64,000 nt of DNA from Armatimonadota bacterium (GCA_041690135.1 JAWLHY010000003.1:224001-288000); one strand, 5' to 3'; shown: positions 1 to 9,357, counted from the stretch's first letter. The notes: a model not told the origin generated them from the letters alone. Program-made: numbers and translations.

Positions 1-380
1 CCGCTGGGTACGCTCGACGCCATCCTCCACCCTTGACCCGGTTCAAAAGCTCCTTCCGACTGGGCGATGCAGTCGAAGAACTCCGTCTTGACGAGGTAAT
101 CGACAGCTCTCTCGATCCAACTTATGGTGATTTCCGGGATGACGACCAATCCGGGCTCCGCTATGCACGGGTTCCCGGAGTCTACTTCCACCTGGAGGTC
201 CTGCTTAAGTCGCCCGGGGTCTCGGAAATCCAGGAGATACCGGCGCCCATCGCTCAGCACCACCTGCACGTCGGCCAGGTAGCCACGATCGTACGCCTGC
301 GCAATCGCGGCGTCATCGCACCACTCCGGAAGGGCGATCTGAAATCCAGGGGGAGTATCGGGGTGAGTTGTGTCCGCCAT
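1..380 (-). CDS. Hypothetical protein, 3' end runs off the window
   Basis: Manual translation from ATG at 380 is open to the window edge: MADTTHPDTP...DRGYLADVQVVLSDGRRYLLDFRDPGRLKQDLQVEVDSGNPCIAEPGLVVIPEIT.... It resembles a conserved small hypothetical family and is absent from the ORF track because it has no stop in the window. Confidence 0.75.
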   Translation of the reverse strand, partial: MADTTHPDTPPGFQIALPEWCDDAAIAQAYDRGYLADVQVVLSDGRRYLLDFRDPGRLKQDLQVEVDSGNPCIAEPGLVVIPEITISWIERAVDYLVKTEFFDCIAQSEGAFEPGQGWRMASSVPS

Positions 381-514
381 ATCGCTTCTCACATTATCTC
401 GGAAGAAGCACGCCGCACGTAGAGCAACGCGGGATGGGAGTGGGCTCGGCCACCCGCCGTCATCCTGCTAAAGCGCTTCGTTCCCCAGCATGGAAAACAG
501 CGAGAAAGCGCAGG

Positions 515-532
515 ATTTAGCCTGGACTAAAT
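515..532. promoter_or_regulatory. Putative DtxR/MntR-family operator ATTTAG-N6-CTAAAT
   Basis: Perfect inverted repeat atttag-cctgga-ctaaat in an AT-rich divergent intergenic region; same geometry as TTTAG-N6-CTAAA MntR/DtxR-type boxes. Confidence 0.45.
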
Positions 533-847
533 AATTTTTCCCAGTAGCGGTGACATGGCGCCTCGGGTGTGCTACATAAGAGTGCGGAAGCACCGGAGCA
601 CCCCACTGCCGGACTGGCGTTTCTCCCACTGCCATGGGAATTCCGCCGGGGCGAGGGGCCGCTGCCGGATGGCCCGCAAGATTGATCTTCGTCTCGACAA
701 CGCCGCGCGCCACTGCCATGGAGCGCGGCGAGGAGCGGGAGGTGGTAGGACTACTCCCTGACCGGTGGTCCCCCTACCCCTTCCGGCTCCTCCACGACCC
801 ACGGCGGACAGGTCCCAGGTTTCCGCCGTGTTCGGAGGAACTTGAAC

Positions 848-1594
848 ATGACCGGACGTGCCCGGCGAGCGTTCACCTTGATTGAACTGCTCGTCGTGAT
901 CGCGATTATCGCGATCCTCGCTTCCATCCTCTTCCCGGTATTCGCCCGCGCCCGGGAGGCCGCCCGCGCTTCCAGTTGCGTCAGCAACTTGAAGCAGATC
1001 GGTTTGTCGTTCCAGATGTACAGCCAGGACTACGACGAGATGGTCCCCATCATGTCGTACTCGGGTGCACCGGGAATGACCACACCGGACAACTTCGGCT
1101 CGTACCGCTGGTTCTGGTTGCTGCAGCCGTACATCAAGAACCTGGAAGTCCGCCGTTGCCCCTCGGACCGCAACGATCCCAGCGGCTGGAACAACCCGCA
1201 GGGGGCCAACTTCGGCTATTACCTGGGGCTCTTCCTCTCCTACGGCTACAACGCCGAATACTTCTCGCCCGATCCGGATACGGTGTTCGGACCCCTGCCG
1301 CAGACCCCGATCTCCATGGCGGCGGTGGCCGCTCCGGCCGATACGATCGCCTTCGCCGACACCACCTACAGCACGGCCGGCGGCTCGGGGCAGCCGGACT
1401 CGGCGTTCCACAACGGCTACTACCGCATCTACCCGCCGGCCCAGTGGACCGGGGCGCCGCCGTTGACCCGGAGCTCCTTCGGGTATCTCTGGCCGCGGCA
1501 TAACGAGAAGCTCAACGTGTTGTGGGCGGATGGGCACGTGAAGTCGTCCTCGATCGACGCGCTCCGCGACCCGGCGCTGTGGGATCTGCAGTAG
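848..1594 (+). CDS. DUF1559 prepilin-type N-terminal cleavage/methylation protein with H-X9-DG motif
   Basis: [30 protein letters not shown]...SNLKQ at the N-terminus, [16 protein letters not shown] at the C-terminus; GGAGG RBS before ATG 848. Confidence 0.93.
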   Translation: MTGRARRAFTLIELLVVIAIIAILASILFPVFARAREAARASSCVSNLKQIGLSFQMYSQDYDEMVPIMSYSGAPGMTTPDNFGSYRWFWLLQPYIKNLEVRRCPSDRNDPSGWNNPQGANFGYYLGLFLSYGYNAEYFSPDPDTVFGPLPQTPISMAAVAAPADTIAFADTTYSTAGGSGQPDSAFHNGYYRIYPPAQWTGAPPLTRSSFGYLWPRHNEKLNVLWADGHVKSSSIDALRDPALWDLQ

Positions 1595-1596
1595 CC

Positions 1597-1812
1597 ATGG
1601 CCACCCAAACCGAGAACTCTCGACCGGGCCTCCCCCTCTGGCTGCCGATCGTGGGGGTAGTGATCGCCGTGCTCGTGCTCACGCTGGTGGTCCTGCGGAA
1701 TGCGAACCCCACGGGCAAGGTGGGTGTAACCGCCCCCGCGGGAGCGACTCCCAACCGCATGCCAGACGAAGGCGACGTGATCCGGGCCCAGCAGGCGCAG
1801 GGGAAGAAGTAG
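1597..1812 (+). CDS. Small single-TM membrane protein
   Basis: ATG 2 nt after the pilin stop; hydrophobic segment LWLPIVGVVIAVLVLTLVVL. Confidence 0.7.
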   Translation: MATQTENSRPGLPLWLPIVGVVIAVLVLTLVVLRNANPTGKVGVTAPAGATPNRMPDEGDVIRAQQAQGKK

Positions 1813-1814
1813 GA

Positions 1815-2156
1815 ATGGCCATGCACCAGCAAGTCAAGCCCTGGCATATCGCGCTGGGAGTGCTGGTGGCCGTGGCCGTGCTCTTCGGGATCGGGAGCCG
1901 GGCGCTGCGTCCGGCCCCGATCCGCTCCCAGGCCCCCGCGGGAACGAACCCCCTCCACTACGAGGTGGAGTTCGGCCCCCGGCCCGGACAGCTCGAGGAG
2001 ATGAAGCGCGCCGGGCTCGTCCCGGCCGACGCCATTGACGATGGACGCGGCCACTTCGTCTCCCCGTCGCGGCTGACCCCGGCGGAGCGGGAGCTCGCCG
2101 CGCAGCTGGTCGCCCGACGGCAAAGGAACTCACCGCAGAGACGCAGAGGACGCTGA
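1815..2156 (+). CDS. Small membrane-anchored hypothetical protein
   Basis: Tightly coupled to the previous gene; N-terminal TM segment WHIALGVLVAVAVLFGIG. Confidence 0.7.
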   Translation: MAMHQQVKPWHIALGVLVAVAVLFGIGSRALRPAPIRSQAPAGTNPLHYEVEFGPRPGQLEEMKRAGLVPADAIDDGRGHFVSPSRLTPAERELAAQLVARRQRNSPQRRRGR

Positions 2157-2200
2157 GAAGATGCGGAGAGAAGTGCGGAGAGATGTGAGGAGAGACAGGT
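2131..2200 (+). repeat. Purine-rich GCAGAGA/GGAGAGA short-repeat tract
   Basis: caccgcagagacgcagaggacgctgagaagatgcggagagaagtgcggagagatgtgaggagaga; similar in style to the element at 63731-63874. Confidence 0.5.
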
Positions 2201-2262
2201 TGATCTCAGTGACGCTGGTGCGTGGACTCCGCACTGTACTCAATATCAGGTTCTGAACGTGG

Positions 2263-2303
2263 GCTCCCCCTCTCTGCGTCGGAGAGGGGGTAAGGGGGTG
2301 AGG
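2263..2303 (+). repeat. REP-like palindrome (CCCCTCTC...GAGAGGGG...GGGGTGAGG family)
   Basis: ccccctctctgcgtcggagagggggtaagggggtgagg; related copies at 34027-34349. Confidence 0.7.
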
Positions 2304-2390
2304 TTACCGTGGGAACCGTACCCTTCAAAGTTCAAGCACGGATTGTCCCCGTTCGTTACGGTGGATGCGTGTGGTAGATCGTAGGCCGAA

Positions 2391-2404
2391 TTGATTGCGG
2401 TCAA
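2391..2404. promoter_or_regulatory. Possible FNR/CRP-family box TTGAT-N4-GTCAA
   Basis: ttgattgcggtcaa, one mismatch from TTGAT-N4-ATCAA, about 160 bp upstream of the gene at 2567. Confidence 0.3.
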
Positions 2405-2566
2405 TCCGGCACGGGTTGCGAACCGCGAGATAAGTGCACGCATATTCGGGCTTGCGAACGTTTCGGAGAACACCGCCGGCCCAAGCCGGCGGCGGGATGA
2501 CGTCGCAGTTCGACAGCGACGCGAAGAACTTGTATTACTCAGATCAGGAAGCACCTGGAGAGGATC

Positions 2567-3973
2567 ATGATGAACCGGACACTGAAAACCCTCGGCACGC
2601 AGCGTTGGCTGCTGGCCGGACTGCTGGCGGCGGCGCTGCCTTCCGCCGCTTCCGCCCACTTCGTGTGGGTCGAGCCCGCTCCCGACGCGAAGGGCGCCGT
2701 GCGCGTTTGTTTCGGGGAATACCCGGACCTGCGCGAAGGGAAGGAACTGCTGGAGAAGGTCCAGCGCGTGAAGCTGGTGGCGCTGGACGGCAAGACCCGC
2801 CGCGAGCTGAAGGCGGAAGATCGCCCCGATCATTTCCTCTACCCGGGCCAGGGCGGCGCGCCGGTAACGGTGGCTTCCCTCGACTACGGGATCCTGCAGC
2901 GCGGGGAGACGCCTCCCTATCTCCTGCGGTACGAATCGCAGCTTCTGGGCACGCCGGGTAAGGCCCTGAGCGTGGCGGAAGTCGCCCGCCTCAGCGCCCT
3001 GCCGACCGGCCTGCGCGTGGGGGTTTCCGTCCAGCCCGCCGGCCCCAAGTCGCTGCAACTCCTGGTGAAGCTGGACGGCAAGCCGGTCGCCGCCGAAGTG
3101 TCCCACCTGGCGCCCCAGGAGAGTGAGATGCAGAAGCTCACGGCCGGCACGGATGGCAAGGTCGTGATTCCCGCCGCCGCGGGCGGATGGCATCACCTGC
3201 GCATCAAGGCGGAGGATGCCCGCCCCGCCAGCTTTGAGGGCAAGGAAGGCAAGTTCACCCGGACCTACCTCTCCCTGATGTTCCAGACCTCCGGGGCGCC
3301 GGCGGCCACCGTGGCGACCGCCGCCAGCACGACGGCGGCCCCGAAGCCGGATGCGGAAGCCGTGCGCCTGCTGCACGAGGCCCACGTGGCCCGCGCCAAC
3401 TACCCGGCCGACTTCCCCGGCTTCACCGCGGACGCGGTGTTCTCCGCCAACGGCCGCACGACCCGCGGGAAGATCACGGTCGACCGCGAGTTCAACATCA
3501 CCTACGCCCTGGGCGACAAGGACCTGGAGAACACCCTGCGCCCCTCGTTCGGCTCGCTGATGATGCACCGCCGGGCGGGCAGCGAAGGCGGCGCGCCGGA
3601 GTACCCCGCCACCTGGCGCGACGCGGAGACGCATCCCCTCGGCCGCGCGATTAACCTGAACGACAAGTACGGCAGCTTCTACCGGGTGCGCGACCGCCAG
3701 ATCATGCAGGTCAACCGGAACATGGGCAAGCAGCGGTTCACCACCAACGTGCTGGAGAACGAGGAAACGAAGTACGGATTCCTGCCGCGCGCGTGGACAG
3801 TGGCGTACTATGAGAATGACACCAACGCGATGACGCGCGTCTCCACCACCCGGGTGACCTGGACCTGGAAGGGCGAGCTCTTCCTGCCCGCCACGCTGGA
3901 CACCGTGGTGGCCCACGACGAGGGGACCGATGTCACCAAGCTGGTGCTGTCCAACCACCAGTTGCTGAAGTAA
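2567..3973 (+). CDS. Secreted DUF4198-like / DUF3386 fusion protein
   Basis: Signal peptide ending ASA followed by HFVWV (DUF4198-type mature N-terminal His); Ala/Thr linker; C-terminal ARANYPADFPGFTAD...YRVRDRQIMQVNR typical of DUF3386. Confidence 0.8.
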   Translation: MMNRTLKTLGTQRWLLAGLLAAALPSAASAHFVWVEPAPDAKGAVRVCFGEYPDLREGKELLEKVQRVKLVALDGKTRRELKAEDRPDHFLYPGQGGAPVTVASLDYGILQRGETPPYLLRYESQLLGTPGKALSVAEVARLSALPTGLRVGVSVQPAGPKSLQLLVKLDGKPVAAEVSHLAPQESEMQKLTAGTDGKVVIPAAAGGWHHLRIKAEDARPASFEGKEGKFTRTYLSLMFQTSGAPAATVATAASTTAAPKPDAEAVRLLHEAHVARANYPADFPGFTADAVFSANGRTTRGKITVDREFNITYALGDKDLENTLRPSFGSLMMHRRAGSEGGAPEYPATWRDAETHPLGRAINLNDKYGSFYRVRDRQIMQVNRNMGKQRFTTNVLENEETKYGFLPRAWTVAYYENDTNAMTRVSTTRVTWTWKGELFLPATLDTVVAHDEGTDVTKLVLSNHQLLK

Positions 3974-4036
3974 CGGCCCGCGCCCAAAGGCGCGGCCCCA
4001 GGTCTCCGGGCGACGCGCATGCGTCCGGAGAAAGCG

Positions 4037-4093
4037 GAAGCCGGAGCAGAGTTGGACCACTCCCTGACCCAAGTCCATTCTTGCTCCGGCTTC
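4037..4093. repeat. Long intergenic hairpin
   Basis: gaagccggagca-gagttggac...gtccattct-tgctccggcttc inverted repeat downstream of the gene ending at 3973. Confidence 0.55.
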
Positions 4094-4250
4094 TGTCTAT
4101 TGAGACTGTCTATTGCTCCATCCGCTTTTGAGAATTGACAAAGAGAGTTCCGAGAGCTAACGGGACCCGGGTCCGGGTGCTCGGCGTCGGCCGAAATGCC
4201 CAGCGCCTGAAGCAGAGTCTTGCAAAGCCGCCACCCACACTGCCCCAGGG

Positions 4251-4380
4251 GAGTCCGCGTAGGCGGACTTCGTTCAGTCAGCCCCGGATTTGAATCCGGG
4301 GAGATGAACGCCCGCGTATCTACCTGTGGGTGTGGTGGAGACTTCGGTCAGCCAAGCCCGGATCTGAATCGGGGAGATGG
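4251..4380 (+). repeat. REP-like doublet (GTCCGCGTAGGCGGACTTCG family) with a degenerate tandem copy
   Basis: agtccgcgtaggcggacttcg...agccccggatttgaatccggggagatg followed by gacttcggtcag...gcccggatctgaatcggggagatg. Confidence 0.6.
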
Positions 4381-4424
4381 CTTGACCCGAAGACCCTATT
4401 GGCGGCGGACCTTGCCGGAGACAG

Positions 4425-5546
4425 ATGTCTATGACCACGATTGATTTTCTACAACAACTGCAGCGGAACTCACCGCATGAAAGCATCCGGGGCCTGTGCC
4501 TGGCCGGTCTGCTGACCGTACTCCTACCCGCCGGCGCCACCCTGGCCCAGGGAACCCCCGGGACGGGCCAGGCGTCTTCCGCCAAGCAGGAAGCCCCCAT
4601 CGACCTGGAAGCGCTGGCCCGGACCACGGGCCTGAAGGGCACGATGCACGGGGCCAACAGGCAGCTCGGCACCTTCGTCTTCACCTGGGCGCACCCCAAG
4701 GGGTTCTTCCGGAACGAAAACCTCTCGCTCGTCGCGAGCACTCCCGAAATCGAGGCGAAGCTCGCCGCCCTGGAGCGACACCAGGCAGCCGTGGTGTGGG
4801 GCAAGCTGGTGCGGGTCACCGCCGGTCAGTCCCACGTGATGGTGGATCGCCTGGAGCCGGGTGAAAAGTGGAACCCCGGCGTCCAGACCGAGGCCCGGGA
4901 GCGCATCGATCCGCAAAAGCTGGCCCGCCGGCTGGCCGGGCGCGACCGGCTGGAGGCACTGGTCCACGCCATCTCCACGGACGGCAGCGCCCTGGTGGTG
5001 GAGTACCGCGACGAGGTCCTCCCGGTGCAGGTGCCGCCCTCCGAGGAGCTGCGCAAGCAGGTGGCGGGGCTGTATCGCGGCGACCGGATCCGCTTCCGGT
5101 ATCGCATTGCCGAATACCCGAAGCGGCCGCTGCACCTGGTCCTCACGGCGGAGCCCGGCGCCACGGAAAGCCCGCTGGAAGTGCGGGATGCCCTGCACGC
5201 TCAGCACGACCAGGAACGCACGGTGGAGGGCAACCTGGTGCTCTTCCCGAAGAGCCCGGCGCTGCGCCGGACGATCTGGGGGGTGGAATCCAAGGGCCCC
5301 GACGGGCTACACCGCTACTACACGATCTTCAACTTTAACGATCTCAAGGACCAGGATGCGATCGACGCGGTTCTGCAGGCCGCATGGGATTCGCGGAAGC
5401 AGGGGGTAAAGGATGCCCGCAACAAGTACGTGCACAGCCGCGTGCAGGTGCGGGTGACCGGCAAGGTGAGCAATCCGGCCCACAACCAGGCCAACCCCAC
5501 CCTGATCACCACCGCGGAGTCGGTCACGGTAACCGCGCCGCGTTAG
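4425..5546 (+). CDS. Exported hypothetical protein
   Basis: 373 aa ORF with GC-rich codon usage; signal-like LCLAGLLTVLLPAGATLA; co-oriented with its neighbours. Confidence 0.8.
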   Translation: MSMTTIDFLQQLQRNSPHESIRGLCLAGLLTVLLPAGATLAQGTPGTGQASSAKQEAPIDLEALARTTGLKGTMHGANRQLGTFVFTWAHPKGFFRNENLSLVASTPEIEAKLAALERHQAAVVWGKLVRVTAGQSHVMVDRLEPGEKWNPGVQTEARERIDPQKLARRLAGRDRLEALVHAISTDGSALVVEYRDEVLPVQVPPSEELRKQVAGLYRGDRIRFRYRIAEYPKRPLHLVLTAEPGATESPLEVRDALHAQHDQERTVEGNLVLFPKSPALRRTIWGVESKGPDGLHRYYTIFNFNDLKDQDAIDAVLQAAWDSRKQGVKDARNKYVHSRVQVRVTGKVSNPAHNQANPTLITTAESVTVTAPR

Positions 5547-5660
5547 AATGAGGTCGGCTACGGTTTCTCATCCACTGCGGGACGCCACGCCGTGAACATG
5601 TGCCCGGATCGCGCCGGGCGCCAGTCGAACTCTTCCGGATTCGCGATGAAAGTAGAGATC

Positions 5661-6536
5661 ATGCACTCTTATCCGTTCATCCCCCGGCGCCGTACCGGCG
5701 CCGCACTTCTGCTCTCTCTCGGTCTCATCGCCACCGCCGGTGCGGAACCCGTGGGGAAAGGCGGCGTTACCGTCCGGAAGTGGGCCGATGGGCTCGGGGG
5801 ACCGCAGGGCCTCGTACGGGGCGCCGACGGCAGTATCCTGGTGGTTGAGCACGATGCGGGAAAGGTATCTCGCTACTCGCAGGGCGGGATGAAGCTCGGT
5901 ACGCTGGCGGAAGGTCTGAAGTCGCCCTCCTGGGCGCTGCTGCACGATGGGGCGCTCTTTGTGGCCGAGCGAAAAGGGAACTCGGTGGCGCGCATCACTC
6001 CTGGGGGAGAGGTTGTCCGGTTGGAAGGGGAGGTTGTCGACCCGCTGGGGATCATTTCGGACCCCAAGCAGCCCCGCGCGTTCCTGGTCGTCTCCCACCG
6101 TCAGTCTCAGGTCCGGCGGTTCGTCTGGGACGGGGGCGCTAAGCGCTTCAGCCTCCAGAGTGAGGCAGTGGTGGTTCCCGCCGGAGGTGCCAAGTATGGC
6201 TGGCGCGACCTGGCCGCCGCGCCGGACGGCACTCTGTTTTTCACGGATGAGGTGGCTCACGCGGTCCTCCGGCGAAAGCCAGGCGGAGAGGTGGAGTCCT
6301 GGGCTACCGGGCTCGCCAGCCCGAGCGGCCTGGCGTATTCTCCTGGCGGGGAACTGTACGTCTCCGAGGAAGGGGGTCGCGTCTCGCGATTGGCCGCCGA
6401 CGGAACGCCGACGGTCCTGGCCGAGGGCCTGGGAGCCGCCCGGGAGATCCTTTTCCTGGATGCGCGGAACCTGCTCGTTTCCGATCGGAAGGGTGGGGCC
6501 GTGTGGAAAGTCACCTTGCCGGCGGGCAAGCCCTGA
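5661..6536 (+). CDS. Secreted NHL/SMP-30-like beta-propeller protein
   Basis: Repeated LAEGLxSPxGL...DG.L.V.E blades; signal peptide. Start uncertain (5646 or 5661). Confidence 0.85.
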   Translation: MHSYPFIPRRRTGAALLLSLGLIATAGAEPVGKGGVTVRKWADGLGGPQGLVRGADGSILVVEHDAGKVSRYSQGGMKLGTLAEGLKSPSWALLHDGALFVAERKGNSVARITPGGEVVRLEGEVVDPLGIISDPKQPRAFLVVSHRQSQVRRFVWDGGAKRFSLQSEAVVVPAGGAKYGWRDLAAAPDGTLFFTDEVAHAVLRRKPGGEVESWATGLASPSGLAYSPGGELYVSEEGGRVSRLAADGTPTVLAEGLGAAREILFLDARNLLVSDRKGGAVWKVTLPAGKP

Positions 6537-6599
6537 TCCGCCGTCCGCCGCCTGGCCGGTAACTCCGGCCGCCCGTGCCTTTTTGAAAGAACGGAAGAG

Positions 6600-7817
6600 A
6601 TGATGAACGCCTGGACGTTGGCCGCCCTGCTTTTGCTGGCGGCACCGGCGGAGAATGGCCGCGTGTGGAGCGGGTTCCGGGGGAACGGTGCGAGCCACTC
6701 AACAGCCCGCAACCTACCCCTGAAATGGGCCGAGCAGGAGAACGTCGCCTGGCAGGTGGACCTGCCGGGGCACGGGCAGTCCAGCCCGGTGGTGTGGGAG
6801 AACCGCGTCTTCGTCACCGCGGTGGACGGCGAGATGCAAGACCGTCTGCTCGTGCGCTGCCTCGACCTGGCGACGGGCAAAACGCTCTGGGACCGGGAGT
6901 TCAAGGCGTCGCAGGGCGTCAAGAGCAGCGATTACGTGAGCAAGGCCGCCCCCACCCCCGCCGTGGATGCCGAGCGGCTGTACCTCTTCTTTGAGTCGGG
7001 AGATCTCCTGGCCCTCACCCACGCGGGCGAGCCGGTCTGGCAGCGCTCGCTGGTCCGCGACTACGGCGCGATCAAGAGCAACCACGGGCTCGGCACCTCT
7101 CCGGTGCTCACCCGGAACGGGCTGCTGCTCTGGATCAGCCACGAAGGCGGAGCGTACCTGCTCTCGGTCAATCCGAAAACCGGGCAGAACCGGTGGAAGC
7201 GAGACCACCCCTTCGGCGCGGGCTGGGCCACGCCTCTGGTCTTGGAGCACGCCGGCCGCTCCCTCGTGCTGGTGACCTCTAGCGGTCGCGTGGATGCCTT
7301 CGACCTGGCCACCGGCGAGCCCCGGTGGCACCTCACCGGCCTGAAAGGGAACACCGTCCCCTCCCCGTCCCCGGCCGGCGACCGCGTCGTCATCGGTTCC
7401 AGCGACCCGGGCTCCACGCTGACGGTGCGCCTCGACGGCCAGGGCGATGTTACCGGAAGCCACATCACCTGGCGGCAGCCGGACGTGAACTGCTCCTTCG
7501 GCTCACCGCTGGTGTACCAGGACTGCGTCTACCTGGTCAACCGGGCCGGCGTGGCGTACTGCCTTGACCTGGCGACCGGTAAGCCCCACTGGGACACCCG
7601 CCTGGGCGCCTCGGCCTGGGCCTCTCCCCTCGCGGTGGGCGATCGGGTCTACTTCTTCGACACCAACGGTGGCACGACCGTCGTCAAGGCGGGACCGAAA
7701 CTGGAGAAGCTGGCCGAGAATCGCCTTCCGGCCGTGGGCCGGGTGTACGGCATCGCCGCCGTCGACGGCGCGATCCTCATCCGCAGCGCCGGACGCCTCA
7801 CCCGGGTGGGCAAGTGA
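6600..7817 (+). CDS. PQQ-binding-like (BamB-type) beta-propeller protein
   Basis: WSGFRG, LPGHGQSSPVVW, repeated CLDLATGKxxW motifs. Confidence 0.92.
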   Translation: MMNAWTLAALLLLAAPAENGRVWSGFRGNGASHSTARNLPLKWAEQENVAWQVDLPGHGQSSPVVWENRVFVTAVDGEMQDRLLVRCLDLATGKTLWDREFKASQGVKSSDYVSKAAPTPAVDAERLYLFFESGDLLALTHAGEPVWQRSLVRDYGAIKSNHGLGTSPVLTRNGLLLWISHEGGAYLLSVNPKTGQNRWKRDHPFGAGWATPLVLEHAGRSLVLVTSSGRVDAFDLATGEPRWHLTGLKGNTVPSPSPAGDRVVIGSSDPGSTLTVRLDGQGDVTGSHITWRQPDVNCSFGSPLVYQDCVYLVNRAGVAYCLDLATGKPHWDTRLGASAWASPLAVGDRVYFFDTNGGTTVVKAGPKLEKLAENRLPAVGRVYGIAAVDGAILIRSAGRLTRVGK

Positions 7818-7818
7818 A

Positions 7819-8133
7819 GATAAGGACGGGTGGATAAGGATAAAGATAAGGAAGCTACGTTAGCCAACGGGACGGTAGGGAATGTGACGCCGTTCCATTC
7901 CGCAGTCACTGGAGTTGAAGTCGTTGGGCCAAACCGGACTGGTCTTGGGCTCAGACCGCTACACTTCGGCGGGACGGGATCAGCCCCAGGCCGACGGAAC
8001 GCTACGGCGAGACGTTCCCTACCACTACCGCTGTCATAGGCTCATGATCGGGGCTCTACCCGCTCCTTACCTTTATCCTTATCCTCCCGCCCCGCTCCTT
8101 ATCCTCCCCCTTCATTGTCCTTATCCTTATCTA
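7819..8133. repeat. GATAAG-hexamer inverted-repeat element enclosing a REPIN-like element
   Basis: ggataaggataaagataagga (7832-7852) against tccttacctttatccttatcc (8064-8084): 21 bp inverted repeat with 1 mismatch; more ccttat units to 8133. Confidence 0.7.
7874..8023. mobile_element. 150 bp REPIN/MITE-like element, copy 1
   Basis: Ends GGTAGGGAA...TTCCCTACC; aligns without gaps to 52546-52695. Confidence 0.8.
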
Positions 8134-9357
8134 TCCCCGGGTCTTCCGCATCAACGCCCACGCCACCATCAGGGTGACCGGGCCGTAGAGGAAGAGGACG
8201 CGGTAATCGCGGCCGGCGAGGGCCAGCACCCCGCCGGCCGCGACCGGCCCGAGGATCGCCGCCAACTGCTGGGCCAGCAGGTAGAGACCCGTGTAGGCCC
8301 CCTCCCGGCGCGGAGGGGCGAAGTCCAGCACCATCGGCAGCAGGTTCGCCAGGATGAGCGACCACGCCAGCCCGGCGCAAACGAGCATGGCCCCCACCAG
8401 CGGGGCCGTCCGCAGGAAGAAACCGGTCGAAAGCACGAGGGCCAGCAGGGCGATTCCCCATTGGATGGCGCGCCGCCGGCCGAAGCGCCCACCCGCCGCC
8501 CCCGCCGGAAGCGCCCCCAGGACCACCGAGAGGGCGAAACAGCCCAGGAGCATGGTGGCAGAACCCGGCTCCAGCTTCAGGAAGTCCACGGCATAGGACG
8601 TGAAGAACGTCTCGATTGCCGTGAACTCCAGGAACGAAAAGAAGACGGCGCCGAGAAGCAATAGCGCGGACCGGTCGTGGTCGCCCAGCACGGTCCGCAG
8701 GCTGGCGAGGAGCCCCGGCTCTTCCCCGGTGGGCGCTTCGGGGCACTCCGGCTCCCGCACGTGGGTCAGCACCATCCCGCACGCCAGCAGCATCCCCACG
8801 GCGCCGAAGAGGAAGGCGATCAGGGGGGAGCGCTTTGCCAGCGCGCCGCCCACCACCAGCGCCAGCACCCCACCCACTCCGCTCATCAGGCCCAGGATAC
8901 CGTTCGCCTGCGACCGGTGCTCCGGCGGGGTGAGGTCCGGCATCAGGGCGGTGAGGGGTGTCCGGAAGAGATCCATCGCCAGCAGGGTCGCCACAATGGC
9001 CGCCATGAAGAGGGGGAGGGGCTGCCCCAGGGCCAGTGGGATCGCCGCAAACGCCACGGCGGCGAGCGGAGCGCCGACCATGATGAACGGCTTCCGCCTG
9101 CCCCAGCCGGTGCGGGTACGGTCCGACCAGGCCCCCACGTACGGCAGGATCAACAATGCCGCGAGGTTGTCCAGCGTCATCACGAACCCGGTCATCGGGG
9201 GACTGAGCGCATAGCCCGGTCCCGGCGACCCGGTCTGGAAGTCCGGGCGCCCGGTTTGCAGGAACACCGGCACCAGCGAGTTATAGATCGGCCAGACCAG
9301 GGTCACCCCCAGCATGCCGAACCCCAGGAGCCAGATTCTGCCGTAAGGAAATTTCAT
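8131..9357 (-). CDS. MFS transporter (sucrose/maltose SLC45-like)
   Basis: About 12 TM segments; GAWSDRTRTGWGRRKPF motif; start taken at MKFPYG. Confidence 0.9.
   Translation of the reverse strand: MKFPYGRIWLLGFGMLGVTLVWPIYNSLVPVFLQTGRPDFQTGSPGPGYALSPPMTGFVMTLDNLAALLILPYVGAWSDRTRTGWGRRKPFIMVGAPLAAVAFAAIPLALGQPLPLFMAAIVATLLAMDLFRTPLTALMPDLTPPEHRSQANGILGLMSGVGGVLALVVGGALAKRSPLIAFLFGAVGMLLACGMVLTHVREPECPEAPTGEEPGLLASLRTVLGDHDRSALLLLGAVFFSFLEFTAIETFFTSYAVDFLKLEPGSATMLLGCFALSVVLGALPAGAAGGRFGRRRAIQWGIALLALVLSTGFFLRTAPLVGAMLVCAGLAWSLILANLLPMVLDFAPPRREGAYTGLYLLAQQLAAILGPVAAGGVLALAGRDYRVLFLYGPVTLMVAWALMRKTRG

Noticed and set aside
33-422. Plus-strand 129 aa ORF from the track
   Set aside because: Shadow of a more protein-like minus-strand ORF starting at 380.
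590-840. Cobalamin riboswitch upstream of the pilin (GCCACTG seen)
   Set aside because: The other hallmark elements (GGGAA..GGTG, CCCGCAACTGT, AGYCAGRA B12 box) were not found in order.
4093-4140. ctgtctattg direct repeat and TTGACA as a promoter or operator
   Set aside because: No matching -10 at proper spacing and no second occurrence to support it.
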